A DNA stretch of 64,000 bases from a virus: positions 8,450 to 72,449 of IMG/VR virus record IMGVR_UViG_3300010354_012181. One strand, 5' to 3'. A program made the position numbers and the translations under genes. Positions 55,554 through 64,000 of this stretch are shown here, piece by piece. The notes below the pieces were generated by a model. The model saw nothing but the letters and a program-made list of their open reading frames with translations, was not told where the DNA came from and made no database searches. Each line of letters begins with the position of its first letter. The stretch's first letter is position 1.

Positions 55554-58039
55554 TGGCAAAACAAACGATAAATCCAGGTACACCTCCAATCATATGGAGC
55601 ACTGTAGAAGAAGCCTTCCAGGCCATCAATGATAATTTTACAGAACTATATCTTACAGTTGCCGGAGGGCCTGGAGCAGTTGTTGACCTTACTGATCTAG
55701 GAACTAGCCTAATTCCAAGAAATACAGAAATCTATGATCTAGGCAGTTCCAGTAAGAGATGGAAAGATCTTTATCTCAGCGGCACTAGTCTATATCTAGG
55801 TAACGCTGTTGTAACTGCCACAGGAACTTCGGTAAATCTTCCCGCAGGTTCTACCATAGGTGGCAATATTCTAGATCAAGAATATTTTAGAGAGATCGCA
55901 GTAGCAGGACAAAGTAATATAGTAGCAGACTCAGGCGGTAATGATATACTAACTATAGCATCGGGTCTAGGAATAACGCTGACTACCGATGACACCACTG
56001 ACACATTAACTATCGCCAACGCAGGCGTCCTTAATATTACCACTAGCAGCGGTCTTAGCACCAATACCACAGCCACTGGTGCTGTGTCTATAACGAACAC
56101 AGGTGTAGTTAGTTTCGGAAACGGAACAGCATTGCCTGATGCTAGACCAGCCGGATCAGGAATAGTAGTAAGTGCAGTCAGCGGCACAGGTATCAATGTC
56201 ACTAACACCGGCGTACTGGCTGTGACAACATTCGGCGGATCTGGTATCACTATTAATAATCCATCACCGGGAACTTATGAAATAGTAAATTCTAGTCCGA
56301 ACATTAATCAAGATACATTTAAATTTTTTGCTGTTAGCGGACAAAATACTGTTGGAGCAGATTCTGCTTCGGATACCTTAACATTAGTTAACGGTACTGG
56401 TATCGATATCACCACTAACGACCTTACAGATTCAATTACTATTACTAATACCGGGGTAACAACAATAGCAGCATCTGGTCTAGGAATTAATGTAAGCGCA
56501 GCCACTGGATCGGTGAATATTAGCAATACAGGAGTTACAAGTATCGTAGCAGGATCTGGTATCAGTATCTCAGGCGGAACTGGAGCTGTTACTATACAAA
56601 ATACTAGAAACACCTTCCAAAATTTTGCTGTGTCCGGCAGTGCTACTGTTATTCAAGCGGATAACGGTTCAGATACCTTTACTTTTGTTCCTGGAGAAGG
56701 GGTCGTTCTAACACCAGATTCAACCAATGATACTCTGACACTGAACATTTCATATCTAGTTGGTAATGTTTACAGTGACAACTCTACACTTTTAATAGAT
56801 GCACTTGGCTCACAAATAGTTGGAGACATTTTAACCAACAGATTAAGAACTACCGAAACAGAGATAGCCATAGGCGACGAATCAGATTCAGGAAATTATT
56901 CTGTTAGCATAGGTTATAGAACAGGTAAGACTGGACAAGGTGATTTAGCGGTAGCGATAGGCAGCAATGCTGGAGAAAACAATCAGGCTCAAGGAGCCAT
57001 AGCATTAGGACGAGATGCAGGTTATTCTGCACAAGGCAGTAATGGTATAGCCATAGGATTTGAAGCAGGCACTAGCAATCAAGGTACGAATTCTGTGGCT
57101 ATCGGCTATAGGGCAGGTTATAGTAATCAGTCAGCAGGAAGCATTGTTTTAAATGCCAGCGGGGCTGCGCAGAATGCTTCGGCTGCTGGTTTCTTTGTCA
57201 ATCCTGTAAGAGAAGTTACTGGTCCGCAAGTTTTGTATTATAATCCATCAGATAAAGAAATCACATGGGGACCAGTGCCCGCAGGCAGTGGCGGAGGAGG
57301 AGGTGGTGGTGAAGACTTTGAATTAAATGTGGCCGGCGACGATTCTACTATCCGAAGAATTAACAACGGTGAGACATTGAAGTTTATTGGTGCCAATGGC
57401 GTGACTACTGCTTCGGATGGCGAAGGGGCTATTACCATAACCGGACCGACAAACATCTCAGGTAACGCAGCAACATCAACAAGAACTAATACTTTAGATA
57501 TTACCAACACCAACGGTCTGACTACAGTTTATTATCCTACCTTTGTTGAAAATAGAACCACTGCACAGACAGTCAGAGCAGATGTGGATTTGTCATATAG
57601 AACAGATACAAATACTTTAACTGCAGGTGGATTTGTTGGTAACTTAACTGGTAACCTATTCACTAACTTAATTGATTCTGCAGACAGTTCTCAAATCTTA
57701 GTAACTCCATTAATGAGATTTCAATCTGATGTAGTTATCGAAAATGAACTATCAGTCAATAATAGTGCCACTGTGTCTGGAACATTGACTGTAAATCACC
57801 TTACTGTTACTGGAACAATAACAGCACAGGGATCAGGAACTCCGGAAGTTTATTCGGACAATGAAATTTTACTAACAGCAGGAACTAGAGTTGAAATTAG
57901 TAGCAGTCCACTTAAGATGGCCAGTTTTTCAACTGCTGAAAGAGATGCCCTTGCAGCAACCAATGGTGATATAATATACAACAGTTCTACAAATAAATTC
58001 CAGGGGTATGCTAACAGCACCTGGGTAGATTTGCATTAA
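55553..58039 (+). CDS. Tail fibre-like structural protein
   Basis: INDNFTELY; repeated ITNTGV and AIG..AG motifs; C-terminal NGDIIYN..KFQGY. Confidence 0.82.
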   Translation: MAKQTINPGTPPIIWSTVEEAFQAINDNFTELYLTVAGGPGAVVDLTDLGTSLIPRNTEIYDLGSSSKRWKDLYLSGTSLYLGNAVVTATGTSVNLPAGSTIGGNILDQEYFREIAVAGQSNIVADSGGNDILTIASGLGITLTTDDTTDTLTIANAGVLNITTSSGLSTNTTATGAVSITNTGVVSFGNGTALPDARPAGSGIVVSAVSGTGINVTNTGVLAVTTFGGSGITINNPSPGTYEIVNSSPNINQDTFKFFAVSGQNTVGADSASDTLTLVNGTGIDITTNDLTDSITITNTGVTTIAASGLGINVSAATGSVNISNTGVTSIVAGSGISISGGTGAVTIQNTRNTFQNFAVSGSATVIQADNGSDTFTFVPGEGVVLTPDSTNDTLTLNISYLVGNVYSDNSTLLIDALGSQIVGDILTNRLRTTETEIAIGDESDSGNYSVSIGYRTGKTGQGDLAVAIGSNAGENNQAQGAIALGRDAGYSAQGSNGIAIGFEAGTSNQGTNSVAIGYRAGYSNQSAGSIVLNASGAAQNASAAGFFVNPVREVTGPQVLYYNPSDKEITWGPVPAGSGGGGGGGEDFELNVAGDDSTIRRINNGETLKFIGANGVTTASDGEGAITITGPTNISGNAATSTRTNTLDITNTNGLTTVYYPTFVENRTTAQTVRADVDLSYRTDTNTLTAGGFVGNLTGNLFTNLIDSADSSQILVTPLMRFQSDVVIENELSVNNSATVSGTLTVNHLTVTGTITAQGSGTPEVYSDNEILLTAGTRVEISSSPLKMASFSTAERDALAATNGDIIYNSSTNKFQGYANSTWVDLH

Positions 58040-58048
58040 AAGTCTTAT

Positions 58049-60658
58049 ATGGAAAAAAAATATTATCAATTAGGTACTCAAACAGAAAAAGATTGGGATG
58101 ATCTACATCAAGAACTTTGTCACCGTGGCAGTGATTGTGAACATGTGCCAGAAAGATCTGTAGAATGCGTAGATGATCAATTACATAGCCCTACAAGAGG
58201 AACGTATCTTCTTACAGAAGAAGAAGCAGCGAATCTTGCACACGACCCTAGAATAAAATTTTTAAATCTAGATTACAAAAGATATCCAAAAGAATATAAA
58301 CCACCGCCAGAAGAATTACAGTCTGTGAGACCGGAATTAATAAACAGATATTCATCAACAGTAAAAAATTATAGAGAATTTTCAGCATCAAATACCTTAA
58401 ATGGTACTGCCGCCGATGCTAACAGAACCGGTTATCAATTATATAGATGCCAACAAGAGTTAGACCCTTGGGTGGATAATGGTTACGCTGACAATTTAGT
58501 CGTCAATACAAATATAACACAGTATGGAACTGGAAAAAATGTTGACGTAATAGTCGGCGATGACGGCACTTGGTTCGGTCATCCTGAGTTTCAAAATAAT
58601 ACTGTATTGATCAGTAACAATGCTGTTTCTATAGAAAGACCTACCGGATACGTGGGAGGAAATGTTCTTCCCGGCAATGGTTATTGCGATTTATTAGATT
58701 TAGTTTTGGATGCACCTTATTATATAGATCCTGATTGGTTTGATGCTGATCCTGCTACAAGATTAACCACAAGGTGGGACGGAACCATAGTTCCAGTTGA
58801 ATCAGTGGCTAGATCTTGGTGGGGAGACAGTTCACTAAGAAGTGCTAAATTTGCGAATGCGGGAACTGTGATTGTAACATCAAGTTATAATAGAAGTAAC
58901 TGCAATGGCAGTAACATAGCACAATCTACAGTAGGTAATCATGGTACAGCCTGTGCAGGTTTGACCTACGGAAGAAGTCAGGGATGGGCCTATAATGCCA
59001 ATAAATGGGCATTCAATTTATATAATACTTACGGAACTGATATTGAGCAAGGTTTTGACATCGTAAAGATTTTCCATCAAACCAAACCAATCAATCCTGC
59101 ATTTGGTACCAAAGATCCTACCATAATGTCTAACAGTTGGGGATACCGATCAAATAAGGATCCGGGAGGTGCAACTTATTATTATACTCATAGATCCACT
59201 TCAAACACACCATATACTTCTGAAACAGGAATAACTTGGTTAAGCCATATGGGTACACAAGGAGATTCTGGTAGATGGAAATCAGAAATGAAAACTAATT
59301 CCTACACCACTGCTCTAGATGAATTGATTGCGTCTGGTGTAATTTTTGTAGCAGCAGCAGGAAACAGTAATCAGAAACAGGTAAGTTCTGATCATCCCGA
59401 TTTCAACAACTATATCACTGCTACAAATGGAGGATCTTTATCTAACTCCTCATTCAGTGAGTTTGGATTGACTGTCACGGGTACTACTAATCGGCGTGGT
59501 TTTCCTCAACAGGGAGGTATGTATACTGACTCTTCCGGCACAAGGATTTATCCTGTGATTAACATCGGAGCATTAGATGATGATTATAAAACAAGCAAAG
59601 AAGCCAAAGTGTCTTACAGTGATAGAGGCAATCAGATAGATGTCTATGCACCAGCCGACGGAACCTTGGCGGCTAATCGAGGATATGCAACATTTTGGAA
59701 CCGTGTAGACACATACTTGCAATATAGACAAGGAACAGGATCTTTGATTGACAACGGTTTTTCGGGTGTCTGTAGCACCAGTGCTGTGTTAACAGGGGGA
59801 ACATTATTCCCCGAACCAGGAGATTCTTATAGTATTGTAACTTCGTCAGGATCGGCTGTGGTGACTCCTATATCGCAGAATTTATTAAATATCACTACCA
59901 ATGCAGTCATTCTCCCAACATCAGGTAACACAGATGACGGATATTTTACCGTAAATATTCCTTGGAATATACTCTACAACGGCAGCACTTATTCACAGGT
60001 CTTTGTAGGAACTAATACCTATCTTACGTTTGGCAGTGGTTCTACTGTTTACTCGGGCATTAGTGCTAGTAATCCTGCGTTAAACAAAATCTGCGTCAGT
60101 TCAAATGATAATTCTATACAAAGAATTTATACAGATACGCAGGGAGTTTCGCCAAACAGATTATTTGTAATCAGAGTGCAGGCAACTAATGCCACATCTG
60201 GAATACTAGGTAGTCCTAATATGCAGTGGGAGTGGCATTTTTACGAAAATGATACTGATAGAATTGAACTACACATAAATTTAAATGCACATATTAGCAT
60301 TGCTGGTATTAATGCGCCCACCACAGCTACCGACACAGCGTTCAGCGGAACCAGTGCCGCTTGCCCTGTGGCGGCTGGTTTCATCGCCACAGTTTTAGAA
60401 TATAACAGAGATTGGGATTGGCGGGATGTAAAGACCTATTTGAGATCTTTAACAATCCAAAGTGCCAGCGATTTTTATTATGGTTCAGAATCTACTACTG
60501 CTACAACTTCAAACTGGACTGATTACGAAAGTCTAGAAGGAGGCGATGCTAGGGTAATATATCAAGGAAAAATTGATACTAGATTTAAATTAGGTGCTAG
60601 AAATATTATCAGTGGAAATTCTGGTAGAATCGTAAATGGTTTCAGATATAGAAAATAA
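58049..60658 (+). CDS. Subtilisin-like serine protease (S8) within the structural module
   Basis: VIVGDDG, GNHGTACAG, AAAGNS, FSGTSAACPVAAG. Confidence 0.88.
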   Translation: MEKKYYQLGTQTEKDWDDLHQELCHRGSDCEHVPERSVECVDDQLHSPTRGTYLLTEEEAANLAHDPRIKFLNLDYKRYPKEYKPPPEELQSVRPELINRYSSTVKNYREFSASNTLNGTAADANRTGYQLYRCQQELDPWVDNGYADNLVVNTNITQYGTGKNVDVIVGDDGTWFGHPEFQNNTVLISNNAVSIERPTGYVGGNVLPGNGYCDLLDLVLDAPYYIDPDWFDADPATRLTTRWDGTIVPVESVARSWWGDSSLRSAKFANAGTVIVTSSYNRSNCNGSNIAQSTVGNHGTACAGLTYGRSQGWAYNANKWAFNLYNTYGTDIEQGFDIVKIFHQTKPINPAFGTKDPTIMSNSWGYRSNKDPGGATYYYTHRSTSNTPYTSETGITWLSHMGTQGDSGRWKSEMKTNSYTTALDELIASGVIFVAAAGNSNQKQVSSDHPDFNNYITATNGGSLSNSSFSEFGLTVTGTTNRRGFPQQGGMYTDSSGTRIYPVINIGALDDDYKTSKEAKVSYSDRGNQIDVYAPADGTLAANRGYATFWNRVDTYLQYRQGTGSLIDNGFSGVCSTSAVLTGGTLFPEPGDSYSIVTSSGSAVVTPISQNLLNITTNAVILPTSGNTDDGYFTVNIPWNILYNGSTYSQVFVGTNTYLTFGSGSTVYSGISASNPALNKICVSSNDNSIQRIYTDTQGVSPNRLFVIRVQATNATSGILGSPNMQWEWHFYENDTDRIELHINLNAHISIAGINAPTTATDTAFSGTSAACPVAAGFIATVLEYNRDWDWRDVKTYLRSLTIQSASDFYYGSESTTATTSNWTDYESLEGGDARVIYQGKIDTRFKLGARNIISGNSGRIVNGFRYRK

Positions 60659-60669
60659 TGGAGCGATAA

Positions 60670-61401
60670 ATGGCAAAACAAAATATCAACGTAGGCAGTT
60701 CACCCAATGATCGCTCAGGCGATAGTCTAAGATCAGCGTTCCAAAAGATCAATGCCAACTTTACTGAACTTTATACAGCACTAGGATTAGATGTTGCTCC
60801 ATTAAATCTTGGAGCATTTGAATTCACAGGTAGCACACTGAGTACTACGGACTCAAGTGCTATAACTATAGATCAAGCCACCACAGTGACCAGCAACCTG
60901 ACTGTAGGTGGAGACCTCTTACCTAGTGTGGCCAACGGTGGAGACTTAGGTAGTCCGGCCAAACCTTGGCGTAGTTTATATGTCAGTCTAGGCACTATCT
61001 ACATCAATAATGTTCCTATAACTTTAAATGCATCAAACAATCTAACTGTCGATGGTGCGGAAGTAGTTAGTTCATCAACTAGCGATAGATTTTATAATCT
61101 AAATGGAACTGCTATTGAAAATAGTGATATAACACATGGTGCTACATCTAGAGTAAGTGTGCCGGAGAATGGTAGCAATGATTCTATTGTTGTTCTAAAT
61201 TACTATGGCGGAGTTTCTATCACCGCAGGCACGGGCCCGGACAATACACACACTTGGAATTTTAACACGGATGGAAGCATTACATTTCCAGACGGCAGTG
61301 TTCAAACCACAGCCTATGATGGAGAAAACTTAGAAATAGATGGAGGCAACGCCTTCACAGTATATACAGCCGAATTAGAAATCGACGGAGGCGGAGCATA
61401 A
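60670..61401 (+). CDS. Virion structural protein
   Basis: NDRSGDSLRSAFQKINANFTELY; LGSPAKPWRSLY; FPDGSVQTTA. Confidence 0.8.
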   Translation: MAKQNINVGSSPNDRSGDSLRSAFQKINANFTELYTALGLDVAPLNLGAFEFTGSTLSTTDSSAITIDQATTVTSNLTVGGDLLPSVANGGDLGSPAKPWRSLYVSLGTIYINNVPITLNASNNLTVDGAEVVSSSTSDRFYNLNGTAIENSDITHGATSRVSVPENGSNDSIVVLNYYGGVSITAGTGPDNTHTWNFNTDGSITFPDGSVQTTAYDGENLEIDGGNAFTVYTAELEIDGGGA

Positions 61402-61402
61402 T

Positions 61403-64000
61403 ATGGCAAAAATTAAATTACGTAGAGATACATATCAAAATTGGTACGATGCTAACCCTGTGTTAGCCTCTGGAGAACCAGCATACGACATCACTAACAA
61501 TAAAATTAAAATTGGTGATGGAGAAACTCTGTGGAGAGATTTAGAGTATCTCACTGACGAATCAGGCGGAGGCGGCGCTGGTGATACACTTACTCACGCT
61601 GCCAGTGGCAATACAGCAACCATAGGTAATAACACTTTCCAACTAAACATAGACAACGGCGACGGCAGCGACATACAGTACAGTCTCAATGCTCAGGGTA
61701 AGATGACACTGACTCCGGGCGAAGAAAGTTATACAGATGCTGGTGTTGAAGTCATAGGCAACACTTACACCATACAGGCAAATACCAGTGTAAGTCTATT
61801 GACTACTAACTCCGATCCCAATCCTGCTACGGCCAACACCGCAACATTTTCTATAGGTAAAACCGGTAGTGAGATTAATCTAACACGATCGGGAGAATCA
61901 GGTTGGATTAGAAATTGGCAATTCAAAACTGATGGCAATCTACAACTGCCTGTAGAAGGTGACATCGTAGACAGCGAAGGTAACTCAGTGTTAGGTGGTG
62001 GTAGCACTGGTAACTGGACATTCACTGACAACATATTAGATTCTAACCCAGGTTTTGAATCATCTATCAGAGCTAAAAACGGTGACGGTGTAACAGCATC
62101 AGAAATCGTTTTAGACCCCAATGACGGTAGGATACAAATGTCTGCTTACAGCGGTCAAAGCTCTAACAACTTTAGTATTGGCAATGGAGATTTTACTTCA
62201 GCAAGTTGGAGCAATGACGGTGGAACGGGTGTAATAACACTGACAGTAGCACCTAATGTACAGAGTTTTATCAACGACACTTTCTTTAACAAGGCTAACA
62301 AAGGATATATCATAGAAAACAATTCGGATGAATTTATCGAATTTGCCGGATATGGTTTTGACGATACTAATGTAATTCTATATACCACTCAAACGCCTGA
62401 AGAAGATCCTTTTGAATTTACCAGTATAACATTCCTTTATCAAAATGAAAGCCGTTTTGAAATAGACTATGATGATGACAGTTATACTCTTTATGCCAAC
62501 GGTATGAGTATAGATATAGAAAGTACCGGCAATGTTAATATTGACGCAGAAGGCGGTATTAACATAAACGCAGGCAGCGATATAACCATCGATTCTGATG
62601 ATGACGTTAGGATAACTGCCTATGATGATCTAGAAATTAGAACTAGGTCCGATAGTGATCCTGTGGTCATCAGCACTGGCTACACAACTGAGAATCAAAA
62701 GGATTGGACTTTCAACTACGACGGTAATTTACAATTACCCGCAGGTGGAGACATCCTAGACAGCACAGGCAATTCAGTGTTAGGCGGTTCTGCCGATCAA
62801 TTGTCCAACACAGGAGAAACTTTCACTCTTTCATCAGATGGTGATGTAACATTTAGTGGTGAGGCTGGTGGAATTAATCGCGGCGTTGTATGGGACTATG
62901 GTGCTGAACTCGAAGGCACCAACTCTACAATCCGTCAAGACAACGATGGTCTAAGTGTAAAGGCTTGGACAACCTACGGCGGCGGAGGTCCAAATGGTGA
63001 TAATTCAGCACCAGTAAACATTCGTACCAATCAAGGCGAAAATGAGAAATGGTGGGTATTTGACGGAGCAGGTAATTTAACGTTACCAGAAGGTGGTGAT
63101 ATCCTAGACAGCGAAGGAGATTCAGTGTTAGGTGGCGGCGCCGCCAGTCTCACAGACGATAAAGAAGTCAAAGTCACTGTGGGCAACACAGATTACTTTG
63201 CCCTGATTAGTCGTGCCCAGCAGGGTGATAACTCTGGTGTATCACCACAGGCAGTGGCCTATGACGGTGACGGTAATATGATCGTCCTACACATCAGCAA
63301 CTATGATACGGGCAACGACAAGTTAATAATTTCTAAATTTTCAGACACAGGTGAACTATCCTGGCAAAAGCAACTGAACAATCACGATGTTGATACCAGT
63401 GTAAGTGCCGACCTAGTCACACTTGAAGATAACAGTATGGTGATAACATTTACCATTGACAGTTACAGCACCACTGACAGAGACAGCATCGCTGTGATGA
63501 AACTTGACGACGAAGGTGGACTGGTATGGAGCAAGGTATTAACTGGTAATCTTCCAGTTGAAGTCACAGAAAGTGTTATTCCTGAGGTCAATGGTATAGG
63601 CGGAATAACCATAGAAGGTACAGACTATCAGATAGTATTTGTCAGTGGCAATTATGACTATGTTAATTACTATCAGGGATGGGTATTCCAAGAAAGCACA
63701 GACGGAGAAAATTGGACTACAATGGGTACAGTCGCGTTGGCTACCTATGACGGTGAAGCAAACACCACTAGCCTACTATTCCCAGACGGTACATTCGCCG
63801 GCAACTTAGATTATCCAACCAAATCATATAGAGTAGTCACTGAACAGGTCAACAGTTGGCACGAAACCAGTGCTATCACTACAGACGGTGATGATGTGTT
63901 TGTGATCGCTGAATACCAAGATGGTGCTAGCGGACCTAACCTAACCAAAGCAGCCATACTGAAACTGGCGGGTACTAACGGTAATTTAATATGGGCCAAG
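61403..64000 (+). CDS. Tail fibre protein, 3'-truncated by the window (absent from the ORF track)
   Basis: MAKIKLRRDTYQNWYDANPVLASGEPAYD..KIKIGDG N-terminal module; three W.F..dG.L.LP.gGDI.DS.G.SVLGG repeats. Confidence 0.8.
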   Translation, partial: MAKIKLRRDTYQNWYDANPVLASGEPAYDITNNKIKIGDGETLWRDLEYLTDESGGGGAGDTLTHAASGNTATIGNNTFQLNIDNGDGSDIQYSLNAQGKMTLTPGEESYTDAGVEVIGNTYTIQANTSVSLLTTNSDPNPATANTATFSIGKTGSEINLTRSGESGWIRNWQFKTDGNLQLPVEGDIVDSEGNSVLGGGSTGNWTFTDNILDSNPGFESSIRAKNGDGVTASEIVLDPNDGRIQMSAYSGQSSNNFSIGNGDFTSASWSNDGGTGVITLTVAPNVQSFINDTFFNKANKGYIIENNSDEFIEFAGYGFDDTNVILYTTQTPEEDPFEFTSITFLYQNESRFEIDYDDDSYTLYANGMSIDIESTGNVNIDAEGGININAGSDITIDSDDDVRITAYDDLEIRTRSDSDPVVISTGYTTENQKDWTFNYDGNLQLPAGGDILDSTGNSVLGGSADQLSNTGETFTLSSDGDVTFSGEAGGINRGVVWDYGAELEGTNSTIRQDNDGLSVKAWTTYGGGGPNGDNSAPVNIRTNQGENEKWWVFDGAGNLTLPEGGDILDSEGDSVLGGGAASLTDDKEVKVTVGNTDYFALISRAQQGDNSGVSPQAVAYDGDGNMIVLHISNYDTGNDKLIISKFSDTGELSWQKQLNNHDVDTSVSADLVTLEDNSMVITFTIDSYSTTDRDSIAVMKLDDEGGLVWSKVLTGNLPVEVTESVIPEVNGIGGITIEGTDYQIVFVSGNYDYVNYYQGWVFQESTDGENWTTMGTVALATYDGEANTTSLLFPDGTFAGNLDYPTKSYRVVTEQVNSWHETSAITTDGDDVFVIAEYQDGASGPNLTKAAILKLAGTNGNLIWAK

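Noticed and set aside
1-64000. Alternative genetic code / stop-codon reassignment
   Set aside because: Known genes are intact under the standard bacterial code, all three stops are used, and no suppressor anticodon was found (Leu TAG/TAA and Ser TGA anticodons are ordinary).
1-64000. CRISPR array, integrase, transposase, intron or intein
   Set aside because: No regularly spaced repeats with unique spacers and no recognisable cas, recombinase or splicing motifs were seen by eye.
61403-64000. Diversity-generating retroelement suggested by the Mtd-like N-terminus
   Set aside because: No reverse transcriptase and no template/variable repeat pair in the window; this N-terminal module is common in tail fibres.
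47919-64000. Short minus-strand ORFs inside the large structural genes
   Set aside because: Antisense shadows of long coding frames.

Overview
This window is part of a large AT-rich lytic dsDNA phage genome (T4-like/jumbo Caudoviricetes style). The host is probably a Betaproteobacterium, inferred from Bug/TctC and IscU/IscA-like genes. Layout: (i) 1-3.9 kb small genes, including a tandem paralog family ending in F-x-(L/M)-(R/K)-(W/Y), plus a ClpP-like protease; (ii) 4.0-12.5 kb an array of 26 tRNA genes covering all 20 amino acids, interleaved with several unexplained structured RNAs and small enzymes; (iii) 14-36 kb a very AT-rich, strand-switching island of tailoring enzymes (six SGGxDS-type PP-loop proteins, many cupin/2OG-Fe(II) oxygenases, Rieske oxygenase, desaturases, GNATs, flavin monooxygenases, a VOC dioxygenase, two Bug/TctC binding proteins, a porin-like protein); (iv) 36-48 kb auxiliary genes (tRNA-like RNA, thyX, queD, uvsE, sod, iscU, iscA); (v) 48-64 kb large virion/tail proteins and an S8 protease. 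The most striking signal is at 3987-4191. A perfect sigma70 promoter drives a leaderless 35-codon ORF that contains all 20 amino acids, with 19 different residues in 19 consecutive positions. Its stop region overlaps an antiterminator that competes with an intrinsic terminator directly upstream of the tRNA array. This looks like a ribosome-mediated attenuator sensing depletion of any aminoacyl-tRNA. All calls are by eye; no database searches were run.
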